Assembly (NCBI GenBank): GCA_052426225.1
Contig: JBNJNM010000023.1
Span: 930,001 to 994,000, forward strand
Origin: Zancudomyces culisetae HAW-14-8
Taxonomy: Eukaryota > Fungi > Kickxellomycota
DNA length: 64,000 nt
Reading direction: 5' to 3'
The first letter of the stretch is position 1. The number at the start of each line of letters is the position of its first letter. A program made the position numbers and the translations under genes. Below, piece after piece: positions 12,011 to 26,200 of this stretch. Under the pieces are notes generated by a model, which did not search any database, was not told the origin of the DNA, and saw only the letters and a program-made list of their open reading frames with translations.

Positions 12011-13986
12011 GAGATGGATTAAGGTTGGAGTTTGGAGTATTTGCTCCCCCCATCAATAAAGGATTGCGAGATAAAAACGGAACAAATCCACCTGATGTAT
12101 TTGGATTAACGCCAATAGCTTGGTTGGCTGATGCTGTAGATGGCGTAGTTGGTTGAGTGGTTGGTTGGTTTGCTGGATGGAATGGCAATCCAATAGAGTC
12201 GGGTAAACCCATAAGTGGTACGATTGGTTGAGGTTGGGATTTAGTTGAAACTGTTTTTGTATTTTGGTTTTGACTTGGATTTTGACTCGAATTTTGGCTT
12301 GGGTTTTGACTTGGATTTACATTTGCATTAGGATTTACATTGGGATTTGCATTTGGTTTATCTTCCAAAGCATCATACATAACCAACACCTCCTTCTTGA
12401 TTTTGCTCCACGAATTTGGATCAAATATTACAAACACTCCTTGTTCTCCATGCGTTGTGCGTGCTGTTGTCTGTGCCTCTGCATCCTTAGTCATCCACAC
12501 CTTCATCTCCTTGTGGTACCGCCATTGCCGTCGGTACAGCTCCTCCGCTGCCATTAGTTGCTGTTCATCTCGTGGCTTGGTATAAAACATATAAAACAAC
12601 GTTTCGTCCATAAAACTACCCATCCGATTGCCCAGTGATGCAGGTTTAACCGAACTGTAGCACTCTGGCACCTTATACTCTTGTTCACTCACATGCCCAT
12701 CCTGGTATATATCTGACCATGGTGTTCCAAATGTTGAAAATATCTTTTCTTGTGACGTCAGTGCCAGTCCAAACTTTGTAATGTCAAATCCGTAGTCGTT
12801 AGTTGTCAACAATCCCACTACGCCGTATTTCCCTTCGTTGATACCCTTTGCTTTTTGCCTTCGCTGCTCTTTTTTCGGTTCTACTCCCTATTTTCATTTT
12901 CATTTTCATTTTCATTTTTATTTCCATTTTTATTTTTATTTTCATTTTCAATGTTAAATGTTCATTCCTGTATTCAACTTACCTCAACCTCTTGTGCTTT
13001 GGTTTCCATGTCTATTTTTATTTTAACTTTACTTTACACCTGTGTTATCAAGCTATTCACATTAATTATCTTCTTACCTGTACTTGCTGCCTTCTCTCCT
13101 CCTGCGCCACTTGTTTTTCTACTCCTTTCTCGCTCCAATTCACCCACTTCTTCTCCTTTTCTCTCCTCTTTTGCTTCACCCAAGCTTCCAGACACTCCGC
13201 CCGTTACTCCCATTCCTCCATCTTTACCTCCGCTCCCAACACTTACCTTCTGCTGCACCTCTCCCAAACTTGGAAACTCTTCTTTTGAAAATTCTATTTG
13301 TCCCCCTGCACCACTCATTCCCATTCCCATCCCCCCTGCTCCCATTCCTACTCCCGCCCCTACTCCTGCACCCATCCCTGTCCCCATTCCCACCCCCACT
13401 CCCGCTCCTGCTCCTGCTCCTCCTGCTCCGACAACTGTTGCTGCTGTTGAGCTCCTCAGATTTGCCATGTTCTTATACAATTGGTATTGCCCTGTATTTT
13501 GTACACTGCTTGTACCACCTATTCCTCCTCCTAATGCTGGAAATTCTGACAAATCTATTTTCTGCTGTCCATATCCGCCGCCACCTCCTCCTACATTATC
13601 TGCCGAAATTCCTCCTGCAACTATTGATGCTGCTGTAGCCCCTACATGACCTGTTCCACTTCCACCCATCCCTCCGATCCCTGTCCCTCTTCTTTCAGGG
13701 CTTCCTGTGTATCCCTTAAATGCTGTTCCAGAGCCTCCGCCAACCACGCTTGCAAATCCCTGTTGTTGCTGTTGCTGCTGTTGTTGTCCCCAACCGCCTG
13801 CTTCTACCATTTTATTCATATCTTAGGTTATGAATACACGTGTAATCCTTTATCACTTTAAAAAAATTCATTTTCATTTTTACTTTTGTCAAATCTAACC
13901 CCTCACTTACCTCCTGTTCCCGTTCCTGTTCCCGTTCCCGTCCCCCGGTCTTTCCCTAATTTTCCTGTATTTTTACCCGACCTCAT
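11595..13986 (-). CDS. NOT2: CCR4-NOT subunit NOT2 (CDC36); predicted join(13986-13911,13821-13078,13011-12983,12887-11595), 713 aa
   Basis: KYGVVGLL..G.DITKFGL.L, STFGTPW, YKVPECY and NOT-box DETLFYMFY..PRD..QLMAAEELYRRQWRYHKE. N-terminal EFPALG/EEFPSLG motifs. Three GT-AG introns preserve the frame. The two 5' exons are less certain than the NOT-box exon. Confidence 0.88.
11700..12010 (-). repeat. Two CAA/CAG polyglutamine-coding tracts in the NOT2 C-terminal tail
   Basis: (TGT/TGC)n runs on the + strand at ~11700-11771 and ~11952-12010. Confidence 0.9.
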
Positions 13987-16008
13987 CTTTTGTATCTTTC
14001 TCCTAGTCTTCGATCCTTCCCTTCTTTTTCTTTTATTTGAGTTTGGTGGTGCTTTGTATTGATTTTATTGTATCTTTTACTTTCTTTTACAAATTGCCAA
14101 CTTTATCTCTATTCTAGTCTTTTCCTTTTGTCTCCTCCCACCTGCTTCGATTCCCTTTCTTTGATCTACTTTTAGTTTTTCCACAAGTTTTAGTGCTTGT
14201 GTATTCCACCTTTTAATCTTTATTTATTTTTACCTTTGTGTTGGCTTTTAAATTATTTATTGTTTTTTTTTATTATCCGAGTTAATTATGCTTTAAAATT
14301 GTCTATTTTTCCTAATTACGAAAAATGTGTGCCAACTTTGAAAAACTAGAAATATACATATATTAAATAATGAGCATTTTTATATCCCTCTACTACCATT
14401 ACCAATATTGTTACCGGTACGATTATCATTATTATTAGTAGCACAATTTACTTTTATTCAGCATTTTCCTTTTAATTAGAGACAAGCAAATATAAAAACA
14501 ATAATTATGTTACATCAACTAAGCCGTTTGTCCCTCCCTGACCCTCATCTTCATCCTCGTCTTCATCCTCACACTTTTACTGTTAATTTTTAATATTCAG
14601 TCAACTCTGGTAACTTTTAATCATCTTGATACCTTCTTTCTTCATTTCTTTTTCTACGCTGTACCATTTTGGCATAAAAGTGCGTAATACAACCCCACGT
14701 CCTACAATAATTTGTTTTCTCACACTTCCCTCTCCTCCCTTCACATCTTCTTGATCTGGCTTTTCTGTAGTTATTATTAAAGCAAAATCAAAATAAATAA
14801 AACAAATTTGTTTACTTTTTATATACTCATGTTTAACTTTTCTAAGCTACATCCTTCCTCACTACTCCTCTCCTTTCCCTCATCTTATCTCTGTGTATAT
14901 GCGTTCTATTCAAGTGAAAACGCAAAACATTAAAAACAACACTTGCAATAAAATACAAGAATACTCCAATTATATCATATTGCAACACATCCATTCCCTT
15001 GTTGATCTCCATCTACCCACCCACACTCTCCTCCTTTCTTCACTCTGGATGAAATATTATGGGTATTGTTTTACACTAAGCGCTCTATTATCAATCTACT
15101 GTGTACTAAACTAGAGTCATGCTCTAACTGAACCACCACTACTACACAGCATATTAAACACTATTGTGCTTTTCTATCCTTTTTTTCCTTTTAGGAAACT
15201 CCCACCATAAAAACGCTCAAACTCATCAGAGATAATTTTATCTTATCGATGAGGTTAACCAAAATCGAACTGTAAGGGGAGTGGTGGTGGGGGGGGGGAG
15301 AAAAAATGGTTATTGTTTGTACAAACTCAAACGTATTTCACTCATCCCCTTCTTCTTCCTCAAACCAAAAAATCGGTATTTCCATTGGTTAGTCTATTTC
15401 ATTTTCAATTTGAAATTCAGCTTCGTCATTCGTAGAAAAATCAAAGATATTCCAAAATGGCACACTAACTTGATTTCATTAGATAACTAGTAACAGCAGC
15501 AAGGCAATCCTTCTACTAGGTGGGGAGGGGGGGTGTTAATGCAAAAACTAATGGCTTTCCAATAAATAAGTACATTAACACATTAACACGGTATTGCGTG
15601 TTTATTAATCCAATGTCGAAAAATGACAAATGCAAAAAGAAAGCAAAAAAAAAAAGAAAACTCCTGCTAAAATGCAATGAATCAAATCAGTAATCTTACC
15701 TATTTGCCCTCTAATACTTACTGCTTTCAAATAATATCAACTGGGAATCAAAAAAAAAAGGGCTGTAAATTAAGTAGTAATGCAAAAGTGGTATGGAAGA
15801 AAAATCAAAAAGGTGTTGGTACTGTGCTGTGATTATTAATTATTCAATAATTCGCTTAAAACTGAAAACTTTAAACCCAACATATTTCAGACATAGTTAC
15901 CAAAGTTACCCTGATTTTTTTTTACTATAAAAAGAAAGAATTGTACAAAAGCAACTTTTTTTTTCTTTAACTCAAAAAAAGATACAAAGCAAATTCAAAA
16001 AGAGTTGA

Positions 16009-17688
<1,680 letters not shown>

Positions 17689-18547
17689 GTTTTTTTTTTT
17701 TTTTTTGGTCATAACTTTTTAAACATTTCAAATAAAAAAGGAATTTTAGTGCTTCTTTGTTTTTTTTTTTGCTTGTTTTTGAGTCTGTTCTCCAAATCTT
17801 TTTTCCAAGCATGCTTTTCAGATGGCGTTTCCGATGTGCCTAACTTTGTCTTTATGTTTGCATACAATGGAGTGTTTATCTCGTACCAAGTTCAACTTCT
17901 AACTCTTAAGTGGTACAGATGTAGTGGCAAATATATCCAGTAGCACATACTCGTTAGTTACTCAAAAAAAAAACATTTGAATTACTGACCCAGAAAAATG
18001 TAATGCATATATGTTGGAGTTTTGCATGTATGTTGCTTACTGAAAAGTGTCAAGCTGGCTGCATCATCAACTAACGCAAAATAAACTAGCTAAAGCAAAG
18101 CTGCATACATTTTTAGTAAAACGTTGTTAAACTTTTCAAATATAAAGGCAGGGTATAAATGCTGATGATTTTTTGTCTTCCAAAATCATACCATGTGAGC
18201 ATGTTATAGTGTTATAGGTGTATTAACTTTTTATCAAGTTTGTTGATGTTGTTGATATGTTTATTCTTGTAGTTTTTTATTTGTAATTTTATCAGTTTTT
18301 TTTTATAAGCCTTTTTTTCCACCAAGGACAACCAATCCCCGCACCCTTTAACTTGCAATTTAGTTGATATAAAAGACTATTGTTAATAAATGAATAATAC
18401 ATTTGTATTAATTTCAACATAATTTACCTCAGTATATTAACATTAACTCGTGCTTGTCTTTATTCACACACCTCAAGTGATAATTTACCTTATTTAAATC
18501 CAATAGTTATTTTTTTGCTTTTTGATAAGGTAAGAGCAACCTACGAA

Positions 18548-19953
18548 ATGTTTAGGCGAAAATTATCGAATTCCTTACAACTAAACTACAACTCTTTCAA
18601 CAATTCGAATTTCAGCAGCAACAGCAACAACAACAACAGTAATAGTAATAATACTAATAATACTAATACTAATAGTAGTAACGACAATGGTAGTACCAAT
18701 GAAAGTAAAGCTGTGAATTCTTCGAGAGTTTCCCAAAAGCCCCGCGACCAACTAGTTAAGAGCAATTCAATCTCGGGTAAAAAAAGCTCGTTTTTCATCT
18801 CCAGTAAAAATATCGACGGTCAACAACAGCAACACGGGGAAGAGCCTGGTACTACAAACTACACTACTCGAATGAATAGCCTTATCAAGATTCTCAAGGC
18901 AAACACAATTGCGAATACATCTGCAAATTCAAATCAGGGTACAAATCCGGATATTAACATTAAAACCTCCACAAAATCTAACCCAAACATTGGTACAAAC
19001 CAGGGCAACAATAAAAATTCTATGGCTAACTCTGCTTCTAACAAAAGACTGAATCGTGCACTCTCTGTAAAAGGTAATAGTATTACAAATAACTCGGATT
19101 ATGAGCTTATTGACTCAACGAACAGTTACACTCCTGAACACAGTAATGGTCACAACCACAACCGTATTTTTAACCTGAACCCTGACTACGGCTACATCTC
19201 AACAAAGCATAAGGATAAAGTTGATTCCAAACACTCTCATGACAACGATCTCACACCAAGAGATGGAATTGAAGCTATAGATAATAAATCATCGCTTCAT
19301 TCTGAAATGTTTGATTCCGCGGATAACCACCTACAACTCGGTAACAGTGGTGCTAAAGACGCTGGTGCTTACTTTTACAACCAAAAGTCGAAACTTTTCA
19401 ATAGCAATAGCGATGTATCAAGGTATTTTTTTCTCTTTTCTGTTTTCCTAAAATATTTATATATAGTAAGTTTACCAATACTTTATTATGTAAACAAATC
19501 TATGCTTTATCCTGACCTCGTTTGTTTGTGTACATTAGAACCAGCAATGTATCATCAGCTTCTCAACCCTCGATTAAGGGACCATCGTACGAATACTACG
19601 GGTTTGTCTCGTATCTAGTGAGCTTTGGGTTTTATGGTCTGTACCTAGTCTGGGCATATCTTCCTGACCATATTTTGGAATCTGTAGGAATCACATACTA
19701 CCCAGATAGATACTGGGCAATGGCTGTTCCTTCATGGGTGCTGATGTCAATCCTGTTTGTATATTTTTTCTACATTTGCTATGTGCTTCTAAATGTCGAT
19801 CCAATCGGTAGCTATGGAAATTTTTCGGATGAATTCGCGGAACATCACATATTATCTTCTGTCTCTGATTATGATACGGTTGAGCTGGGTGGAATACCCG
19901 CAATCTCTGATATTCCTATTAGTGTTGTTAATTATTGTTTGTATGAAGAGTAA
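18548..19953 (+). CDS. GPI19: GPI-GlcNAc transferase subunit PIG-P/Gpi19 with a long Asn/Ser-rich N-terminus; predicted join(18548-19422,19539-19953), 429 aa
   Basis: Exon 2 has the PIG-P signature EYYGFV..L...YLVWAYLPD..LES.GITYYPDRYWA.AVP and IPAISDIPISVVN. Phase-2 intron GTATTT(19423)..CCTGAC..TAG(19538). The PIG-P domain is secure; exon 1 is less so. Confidence 0.8.
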
Positions 19954-20577
19954 CTTTGAGATAATCTGTATGATTTAACTCTACTTACACCAATTAAATA
20001 TAACAAGGCACTATGGAATAGAATCCTTTAATACTATTACTATCTCACTTTTCTTTTTATCTTTTGTTTGTGTAGTATTTTTTTGGGACTTTGAACTGTA
20101 TTTTTATCTGTTGGGATACAAGTATCCAGTAAATATTAAGCTCAAATAAAAGAATGTTGGCTTTTTTAAGAAAGGTAGAAGTGAGCCGAAATGATCTAAA
20201 TAGTAAGAACATAACAAACCATATACTTGCTTGTAGTTTTTTTTAGTGTGATAGAAGTTAGAGGGTCAGTAGTAAAGCAGGTTTTCTACAAGATTTTTAT
20301 CTTTCCCCTTCCTTTTACCCTCCTCTTCCCATCCTCTTCCCACCCTCTTCTTCTTTCTTCCCCTTCCCCACATTGCATAACACTACCCCTTTTGATCATC
20401 ATCATGAACATTGGTAATAGTTTGTTTTTTTTGTTAGCATAACATATATGAAGCACATCATCTACTTGGAATGCTAACAAGACCATATTTCCAACAAGAT
20501 GCAACATCACATGCTGCATAAAAAAAAAGAATTTGTTCAAAGGACAAAATAACCCCCCACTATTCTCCTTCCATTTC

Positions 20578-20692
20578 ATTGGTTGGCGAATCACAAGCAC
20601 TTTCCACTATCAGGCAACACTGCTTACAAAGATGAAATAGAATGCACGCTCATTACGTGAATATATATGCAGCTACAGTACCAGACCAATCA
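20578..20692 (+). promoter_or_regulatory. Candidate CCAAT boxes upstream of SDHAF4
   Basis: ATTGG at 20578-20582 and CCAATCA at 20686-20692, 260-370 bp upstream of a respiratory gene. These are short motifs and could occur by chance. Confidence 0.3.
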
Positions 20693-20951
20693 GTGCGCTA
20701 CTTTTTAATCGGGCTACTTTTTTTTCATTCTTCCCCTCCCCCCCCCCAACTTGATTCCCAATTTCCTTTTGTATCAGTGGAGAAAGTTGAACATAAAAAC
20801 AGCAGAAAAAATAAGCGTTAAAGATACTTTCAAATACCAGACCCAAACTTATTCCAAGTTTTCCTGCTTAACCACAAAAATATCCATTATGATAAGAAAA
20901 GCCAAGAATATATTGAAACATTTATAAACTATATAATAATTTTGAGTAGAA

Positions 20952-21305
20952 ATGCTGAGAACAATAAATTTTACTAGAAGACTTTCCACAAAAGCACCAA
21001 AGGTACCAATCCACCAAGCTCCAAAGCCGATAGCACTAGGAAATAGTAAAGATCAGAGGGATTTTGAAAATACCATCAAGAAGGCTGCAGTAAAAACCAC
21101 TACCACCTCCACACCGAATACCAATAACAGTAATGTACAAGAAAATATCAGCGAAAAGAAAGAAACGCCTGTGGTTGCAGAGTACCGCTATGAGCGATTC
21201 GAAAACGACGTAAACCCAGTGACCAAAGAGTTTGGTGGACCGTTGGGGCCAGAACCTACCCGTTATGGAGACTGGGAGCGAAAGGGGAGAATATCGGATT
21301 TTTGA
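20952..21305 (+). CDS. SDH8: Succinate dehydrogenase assembly factor 4 (DUF1674), mitochondrial
   Basis: Arg-rich presequence MLRTINFTRRLST and C-terminal NPVTKEFGGPLGPEPTRYGDWERKGRISDF signature. Confidence 0.95.
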   Translation: MLRTINFTRRLSTKAPKVPIHQAPKPIALGNSKDQRDFENTIKKAAVKTTTTSTPNTNNSNVQENISEKKETPVVAEYRYERFENDVNPVTKEFGGPLGPEPTRYGDWERKGRISDF

Positions 21306-21950
21306 TTCCCGAAGCAAAAAAATAATAATAAATTTAAAGTAGTTTGTATAAACCAGTGAGTAAACCTAAACAAAATAAAGATGAAATACGAAGAAGGGAT
21401 GAAGAAATGAAGAAATGAAGAAAACATCATACATGCTACCTATCATGTGTCTTTAATCTTACTAAGTCCCTTTACTCGTCTTATTATTATGAATTAACCC
21501 TATTGTGTTGTCGTATAATGCGAAAAGTAAGCACTATAGTTGAATAAATTCGAGAGTCATACATGGCCATTTTGCACCCTTTGAATATCCCGTTCCCTTT
21601 CTCTTTCGGCTCCTGTATACACTTATTCCTTACACGTGTGTCTTTCTCTTTTTTTTTCTTTGATAAACATTTACCTGTGAGTTTTCGATTGTTTCATTTT
21701 CTTTAAAGATTGCTACATTTTATTAATAGATTAAAAAATTGATTGTAAAGTTGTGTGTGTATAGCGGATACTTTCTTTATTTCAACTTCAAAAGAAAAAA
21801 ACTGACCTTAATAAAATTTAGCACTCGAATCAATATACCTGTGTTTCTTGTGGGAGACATGTGTTTGTAGAATCTAAATGTTGATTTTAATTGAGACGTA
21901 CTGTTCGGATTTGATCTCAAGTAAGGTTGTGAGTGTAGTTAAGCGACTCC

Positions 21951-22031
21951 TTATTCAGAAATCTATTCAAACATCTATTCAAACATCTATTCAAACATCT
22001 ATTCAAACATCTATTCAGAAATCTATTCAAA
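21951..22031. repeat. 12-bp tandem repeat (ATCTATTCAAAC) of ~6.5 units
   Basis: Directly visible. There are no spacers, and the terminal units read ATTCAGAA. Confidence 0.9.
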
Positions 22032-22696
22032 TACCCCCCTCAGCTCTATTTTGAAAACAAACTCGATTTAGGTACCAATTAAATTTTATGATGAATAGGC
22101 TATTTACACCTCCATTGAGCTTGACTGTGAGCCAGTTTCTTTTTCACTATCATTTTTTTCAAAGTCTCAATGTGTATTATTATTCATTTAATGTTTCTGA
22201 ATCAACTACTACTGAATAATACACTGGGAATCACACACTCTTTTGAAAATGCATCACTACTAAGTCTTTTTTTTTTGAACAAAATCAAGCATCTTCCCCT
22301 TCCTCCCTCCCCTCCCCTCTTTCCTTCTCCATGTGTTGGAGTAAACAACATGGTCGGCTTACTATTAGGTATATGTGTATCTCAATTGATTGTAACTATT
22401 GATTACATTTCAGTAGCCAGTAGTGTTTTCTAAATCAGAGTATGGTGTTTCCAACCCTTTTTTATTGAACATTTAAGCTTTTGTTCATTATCCTCTGTTA
22501 ATTAATCATTTTCACAAAAAATAAAAAAGCAAAAAAAGGCGCGATAAAAAATATTGGCAAAAACCGTCCTATCATTTTATAATTGTAGTAACAATATCAA
22601 ACATATTTCTATTGAACTTTGTTATTGAACTTTTGATTATCAAATAATTTTCCTTTTTGAATAAACTCAAAAATAAAAATTCAGTAGATCCAAGCC

Positions 22697-22772
22697 CTAT
22701 TGATCTATTAAGTTATTGAGTTATTGAGCTATTGAGCTATCGAGTTTCAATAGCGCTGGATAGTCTCAATAG
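22697..22772. repeat. 8-bp tandem repeat (YTATTGAG consensus, 6 units) followed by two inverted copies
   Basis: ctattgat/ctattaag/ttattgag/ttattgag/ctattgag/ctatcgag, then TCAATAGC (22747-22754) and CTCAATAG (22765-22772). Confidence 0.75.
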
Positions 22773-22993
22773 GAAAACAGTGAATGTATATATTGTATAC
22801 TAAACGATCTGGTAATTTATATGATAAAATACCTAGCACATGGTATACACATTACATTGAGGAAAAAAAGTATATAATGCGACGGTTTTTCTACATCATA
22901 TTTTTCCATACAAGATTGAATTATTACAATCAAAACAATAACTATCAAGCTAATAAACAGTTTAACTCACAAGATAAGTAACAAAAAGAAAAA

Positions 22994-23215
22994 ATGCAAA
23001 TGGTATCAGGAAAAAAAGTTCTCTATGTAGTTGCAGTAGCCGCCACAGCATTGGCAATGAGCGCAAGCTCCCAAGTTATTGTGTAAGTACTAGCATACCT
23101 ATAGATATATATATTATTTTGTTCAAAAATTGCTAAAAGCATCACCTAATAATAATGTATTGATACTATTACTATCCTTAGTTTCTGGAAAAATTACCCA
23201 TACCTTCCATCCTAA
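22994..23215 (+). CDS. Predicted 40-aa secreted micro-peptide precursor MQMVSGKKVLYVVAVAATALAMSASSQVIVFWKNYPYLPS; join(22994-23082,23182-23215)
   Basis: AAAAATG start context like the other genes. Classic signal-peptide n/h/c layout. Consensus donor GTAAGT at 23083, CTAAT branch-like motif near 23146, TAG acceptor at 23179-23181 (99-nt intron), stop TAA at 23213-23215. Confidence 0.5.
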
Positions 23216-26200
23216 AATAAACCTCTATAAGGTCCGGCGCACATGACTCTCTCTGCAAACTCAATCGGTTGATTTAAAGTCACTAGTTTTGATCTTTTAT
23301 ATTCTATAAAAAGACAGTCCCGTTTTTTACCTTCCTATTTTAATTTATTATTTTTGAAGGGTTAGGTTTTGATCTGGCTTCTAAATAAATTTTCATTTAA
23401 ACGGGAAACAAAATGACTTTATAAAGTAATACTGCTTATAACTTAACGATAGTGACAAAAGTCTGCTAAAAATAGCAGGCATGTGTCTGATTTCTGTCAA
23501 AGTTGTCAGGTGAGTGCAATTTTACTATGAAATAATTGATTTTAGGTGTACTTATGGTATTAACTCTCATGAAGAGAAACAAAGAATAATTGCTAGGAGA
23601 AAATAGAATTAATTTGAGAATTTTAATATGTTTAGCGTTTCCGCTTGAGAGTGTTAGCTCGTATTTATCATTTTGGGGTGCTTCCATTTCTTTACTTGTT
23701 TCTTATTTTTAAAAGGCTCTTTAAACGGCAAAGACAGGTTGAGGTTTTTCGTCAATTTTTGAATATTATCTGAAAAGTCAGTTGATTATTCTTTGTATAC
23801 TAAACGGTTGGCAATCTTAACACAAATAAAGGTTCTTTCAAATAAGAATTTTAGCAAATCTTACCAACAAGGTAGTGATAAAAGAGGGTAGTGAACTCAT
23901 TAGCTGTTAGCCCACAATTTTTTTACACAACTTTTACTTGAAGGAAGCGTTACACTCACGTAGTCCTGGATTTTTTTCAATGTATGAGCCCTACATGTTC
24001 AGCATAGCACCAAGCGATTTTTTATTTCCCCCCTATTTTAGTTGAAGCTAATTAAAAATTTTTAGAGCCAAAGTTATTTTCTGTATCTTTACAGGTAAAC
24101 CATATTATAGAATTATGTCGTTATAATGACACTTATTTATCAGGTAAACCCGATATAACGATATAAAAGCATTTTTACCTTGTAGACACACCAGTTGAAA
24201 TTTACTCGTTATGTACAAAAGTCGTTAGAAGCTGTTATAGTATCACTGATATTTTGCTGCTAACCTATTCTAGTAAGTACTCTATTCTATCTTGAGTAAG
24301 CAGGTGTGCAAGATAAGAGTATTTTTTAATCATTCATCTTTGAGTATATAGTTACTTTGAATAAGAGCAAACTATAAAATATATCCACATTTAGGAGGGA
24401 GGATATGTTGTTTTTTTTTGGTGGGAAGAGCGTAATTGACAGATATCTTTTTCATTTATTACGCCAAGATGAGGGTGTATAATTCTGAAATACTTTTCAG
24501 AAAAAAATAACATTTGGTGCTACCAATTTGTTCAAAAGTATGTTTTATTTGCATATTAATCACATAGTTTGAATTACAAGGAATTTCGCTTGAAAATACA
24601 CTATAAACACAGTGGCCTATCCATCATGTGGAAATGTTTTTAGTTTGCTAATTGAAAAGTGTTTAGGTGCCCAAAATTCTAGAGTTGGTTTACTTTGGGT
24701 ATTGCATTGGGAATCACACAAAATTTATTGTGAAAGTTTTTTAAGTTCGAGCATTTTTCAAAAGACCTCAACATTTTCTGGTATTTTATTTTGGAAAGCA
24801 TCTCAGCAGTTTTGTTTTGTAAAACCACAAAGATAAACAACAAACTTCCCCCTCCCCAAAAGTATAATTTTTTATTAATCAGTTTGTCCCATGTGTGTGC
24901 AAAACACATAGATTGTTTGCTCAACTCTATGCTACATAAAACTCACATGAATAACTACCAATTTTAACTCCTTCCAAATTCAGCACAAACAGTATGTACA
25001 TCATCATCAAATGTGTAAAGTTGTTTCACGAATTTACCTATAATTTGTAATTAGAAAATTACGGAAATGCATGTCTTTTTTATGTACATAGATAGATTTC
25101 ACCAATGGTGGCGATTGAGTTGTCTTTTAAATTTTATTTTATTAAAAAAAAAACACAATGACAAAGTGTACAATATTCAATGAATCAAAAAGGTAAAATG
25201 AAAGCGGTGTCGGGCGCAGATGATTATCCGAGTGACCGATTATAATATTAAATTCATCAATTGAATGTAAACCGAAAGCGAGAGAGAAAAGGCATAAGTG
25301 AAGATACGCAACGTTGAGATGAAAGGATGTCCGTGGTCTTCGTGGTTTTAGTCGCGGTTCATGTAGACGCCGATAATCTCTCATGTTTACAAAAATATGA
25401 GCGCCAGCAATTAATTGCTGATCTAGTTCATTCCCGTGACAAAAATCTGAGTATGTGTGACGTAATTTCAGAATATAATCTTACATTGCTTTGTTTTTGT
25501 CGGGTGTATTCTCGCATAAACACAATTATCTAGTTATCATCTTGGCATTGGTTAATCTAAATGGTTCATTTAAAATCATATTACGGAACCGGTTTTCTAA
25601 ACAAATAGAATGTAAAGGTAGTGTTGACTTTCCGCAGTACAGTGGTGAAATGTAGCATTAGTGTTAGATGGTATAAAACTTAGATATTCGAAACATAAAA
25701 AACGTAAACAAACGTAATTTTTAAAATTTATGAAAGCACATACAAATAGCAACATATTCTCGATGTTGATAAAACATGGGGATATGGGAAGTGTTAAGTA
25801 CTAAATTTCCGGCTGTAATATCGTAGTCTCCGCAAGGATATATATGTGGTGGTGGAGATTAGGATGTTATCACTTGTTTCTTTCAACAAATTTGCTGCAA
25901 AATAGTGACTACATCCAAAAATCATATAAATTATCACTTTTTGACAAGTAAATCCTCTAATCAGGAACTTGGTGCTCTTTTGATTTAAACTTTTTTGTTT
26001 GGAAAAAAAAAGAATACCACATTTAAATATCGACGAGTTTGATTTTCTAATAGAGGTAGATGAAAGTAAATTGGGGGAAACGCATATATTTTTATTGATT
26101 GGCAATAATGTTTTTCTATGGAGTTGCATATTTGTCACTAGGATAACCGTCTTACTTAGAGTGAGCTAATACTTTTATTTTTTGCGCTTTTTTTGGATTA

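Noticed and set aside
21951-22031. Repeat array considered as CRISPR
   Set aside because: Head-to-tail 12-mers with no spacers, in a eukaryotic context with no cas genes.
25200-25450. Locally GC/CpG-richer patch that could be an ncRNA or snoRNA
   Set aside because: No convincing C/D or H/ACA boxes, rRNA complementarity or stable fold could be identified by eye.
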